From the human T2T-CHM13v2.0 reference genome, Homo sapiens: a stretch of 64,000 nucleotides of DNA. The stretch is taken from NCBI RefSeq assembly GCF_009914755.1, contig NC_060935.1; one strand, given 5' to 3'. Under the pieces are notes generated by a model. That model was not told the origin of the DNA. It did no database searches and saw nothing but the letters and a program-made list of their open reading frames with translations. Positions 62,650 through 64,000 of this stretch are shown here, one piece after another (the first letter of the stretch is position 1; the number at the start of each line of letters is the position of its first letter). The translations under genes and the position numbers were made by a program.

Positions 62650-64000
62650 ATTATTTAGAACTTAAACCAATAAAAGATTTTTTGGGAAGGAGAATTTTAT
62701 CACTGATATTGTTTAGAATTTCCAGGGAATAGTGATTAAAGAAAAGCAGACTGACTTTTAGTCACTGTTGTTTCCAAGTTCTTTGCAGTGTGGACCTTGC
62801 TACCTGAGTCTGGGCCAACCCCCATCCCTGGCCCACCCTGGTATGCCTTGCAGCCCTTTGCTGTTACGTCCCCTTGTTAGACGTGGAGGTCTAATTATTT
62901 TTGGCTCAGCTGCTTTATCTTTCTCAGGAAGGCAAAGTTTGAGCAGCACACTAGAACCCCAAACACTAGTTTGAGGTCCTACCAATGAAAACTCATTTGC
63001 TATTTTTGCTTTCTTTTATATCATAGTACTTCCAGCTCATGAATGGGCTGACAGTTCATTGCCCTTCTTTATGAACCAAGGTAAATAACCACAGCAACAT
63101 CCTTTGGGAATTACTGCACACTCTGTCTCTTGCAGAAGCTTGAGTGAGTTTTTGTTAAAAACAAAAGAGCCTCAGGAGGAGGGCAAGGGTCTGGAATCGG
63201 GATGAGGAGCCCGTGGTGGTGTGGGTGGGTGCTGGGAGGTGGCAGGCTGGAAGGGCTGCAAGCCCCGGGGGAGGGGGACAGACCTGGGATGTGGAACCCA
63301 GGAGACCACAGCAGGCAAGCCATCCAGCATCAAGGAAGTCAGTTACTTACCAATAGTAAGAAATAGTAAGAACTACTGTTTAGCCTTTTTAAAAAACAAA
63401 AAATTTTCTCTTTTATTCTTTCCAACAATTCTGCTAGATGGGCTTAGGGGAGTTAATACAGATTTGCTCAAGGACTGTCAGCTAGGAAGAGGGGATTTGA
63501 ACCTATGGCTTTGCTCCTTCCCCACAATGCCTCTGACACTGTTTCCTATGCTGTCCTATAGCCAGCGGGGGCCTAGCCTAGGTTCTGGGATACAGATGGG
63601 GAGACCCCAGGCATCCTGGAGAGAGAGTTATGGAGTGAGGCAGGTACCACCTTACTACATGTGCCACACCAAGTACAAGGTTTGGGCACACATGCTAAGA
63701 CACATGACCAGTTCTTAGAACTGGGGGCAAGATCAGGGCCTCATTACCAGCAAGCATAACTTGAAACAGAATCTCTGAGCATTCAGATAGGAATACTAAT
63801 TCTCTTGGCCTGGGCTCAGAAGAAGAGGTGCATGCCTCATCATTGAGAGAGAGGCAGCAGAGGGACACCGAGGCTGAGACCAGCCTGCTCCAATGAGGCA
63901 TTGAGACTGTCCTCTCCAGAACACTGGCAAGAGCTCTGAAAGTCCCAGGCCCTGGTCACCACGTTTTCTCCTAAGAAGCCCCCTCCTCCAGGGAGTTAGA

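Overview
Primate genomic DNA, human or a closely related catarrhine, judged from an AluY-type Alu, an ERV9/LTR12 solo LTR and THE1/MST MaLRs. I find no supportable protein-coding exon, RNA gene or processed pseudogene. The window reads as intergenic or deep-intronic sequence, and I cannot name the locus. The ORFs in the track are repeat-derived or chance ORFs in GC-rich DNA. Much of the window is transposable-element fossil: 9 Alu/FLAM copies, a decayed near-full-length L1M with a complete LTR-internal-LTR MST provirus in its 5'UTR, other L1M pieces, MLT1/MST/THE1/MER21/MER31/MER67-type LTRs, MER20/MER102/MER5/MADE1 DNA elements, and many MIR/L2/L3 fragments. Subfamily names are recognised from memory, not from RepeatMasker, and boundaries without a target-site duplication (TSD) are approximate. 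The best lead is a CpG-rich LTR12 solo LTR (17066-18506). Its promoter is intact, but it appears to have lost its R-region poly(A) signal and gained a G-tract. It could therefore be a read-through promoter for an unannotated plus-strand spliced RNA. Other leads are a MADE1/miR-548-type hairpin, a four-layer nested insertion, several short tandem duplications, and motif-dense unique blocks that look like enhancers or a CTCF site. No new multi-gene system is evident.
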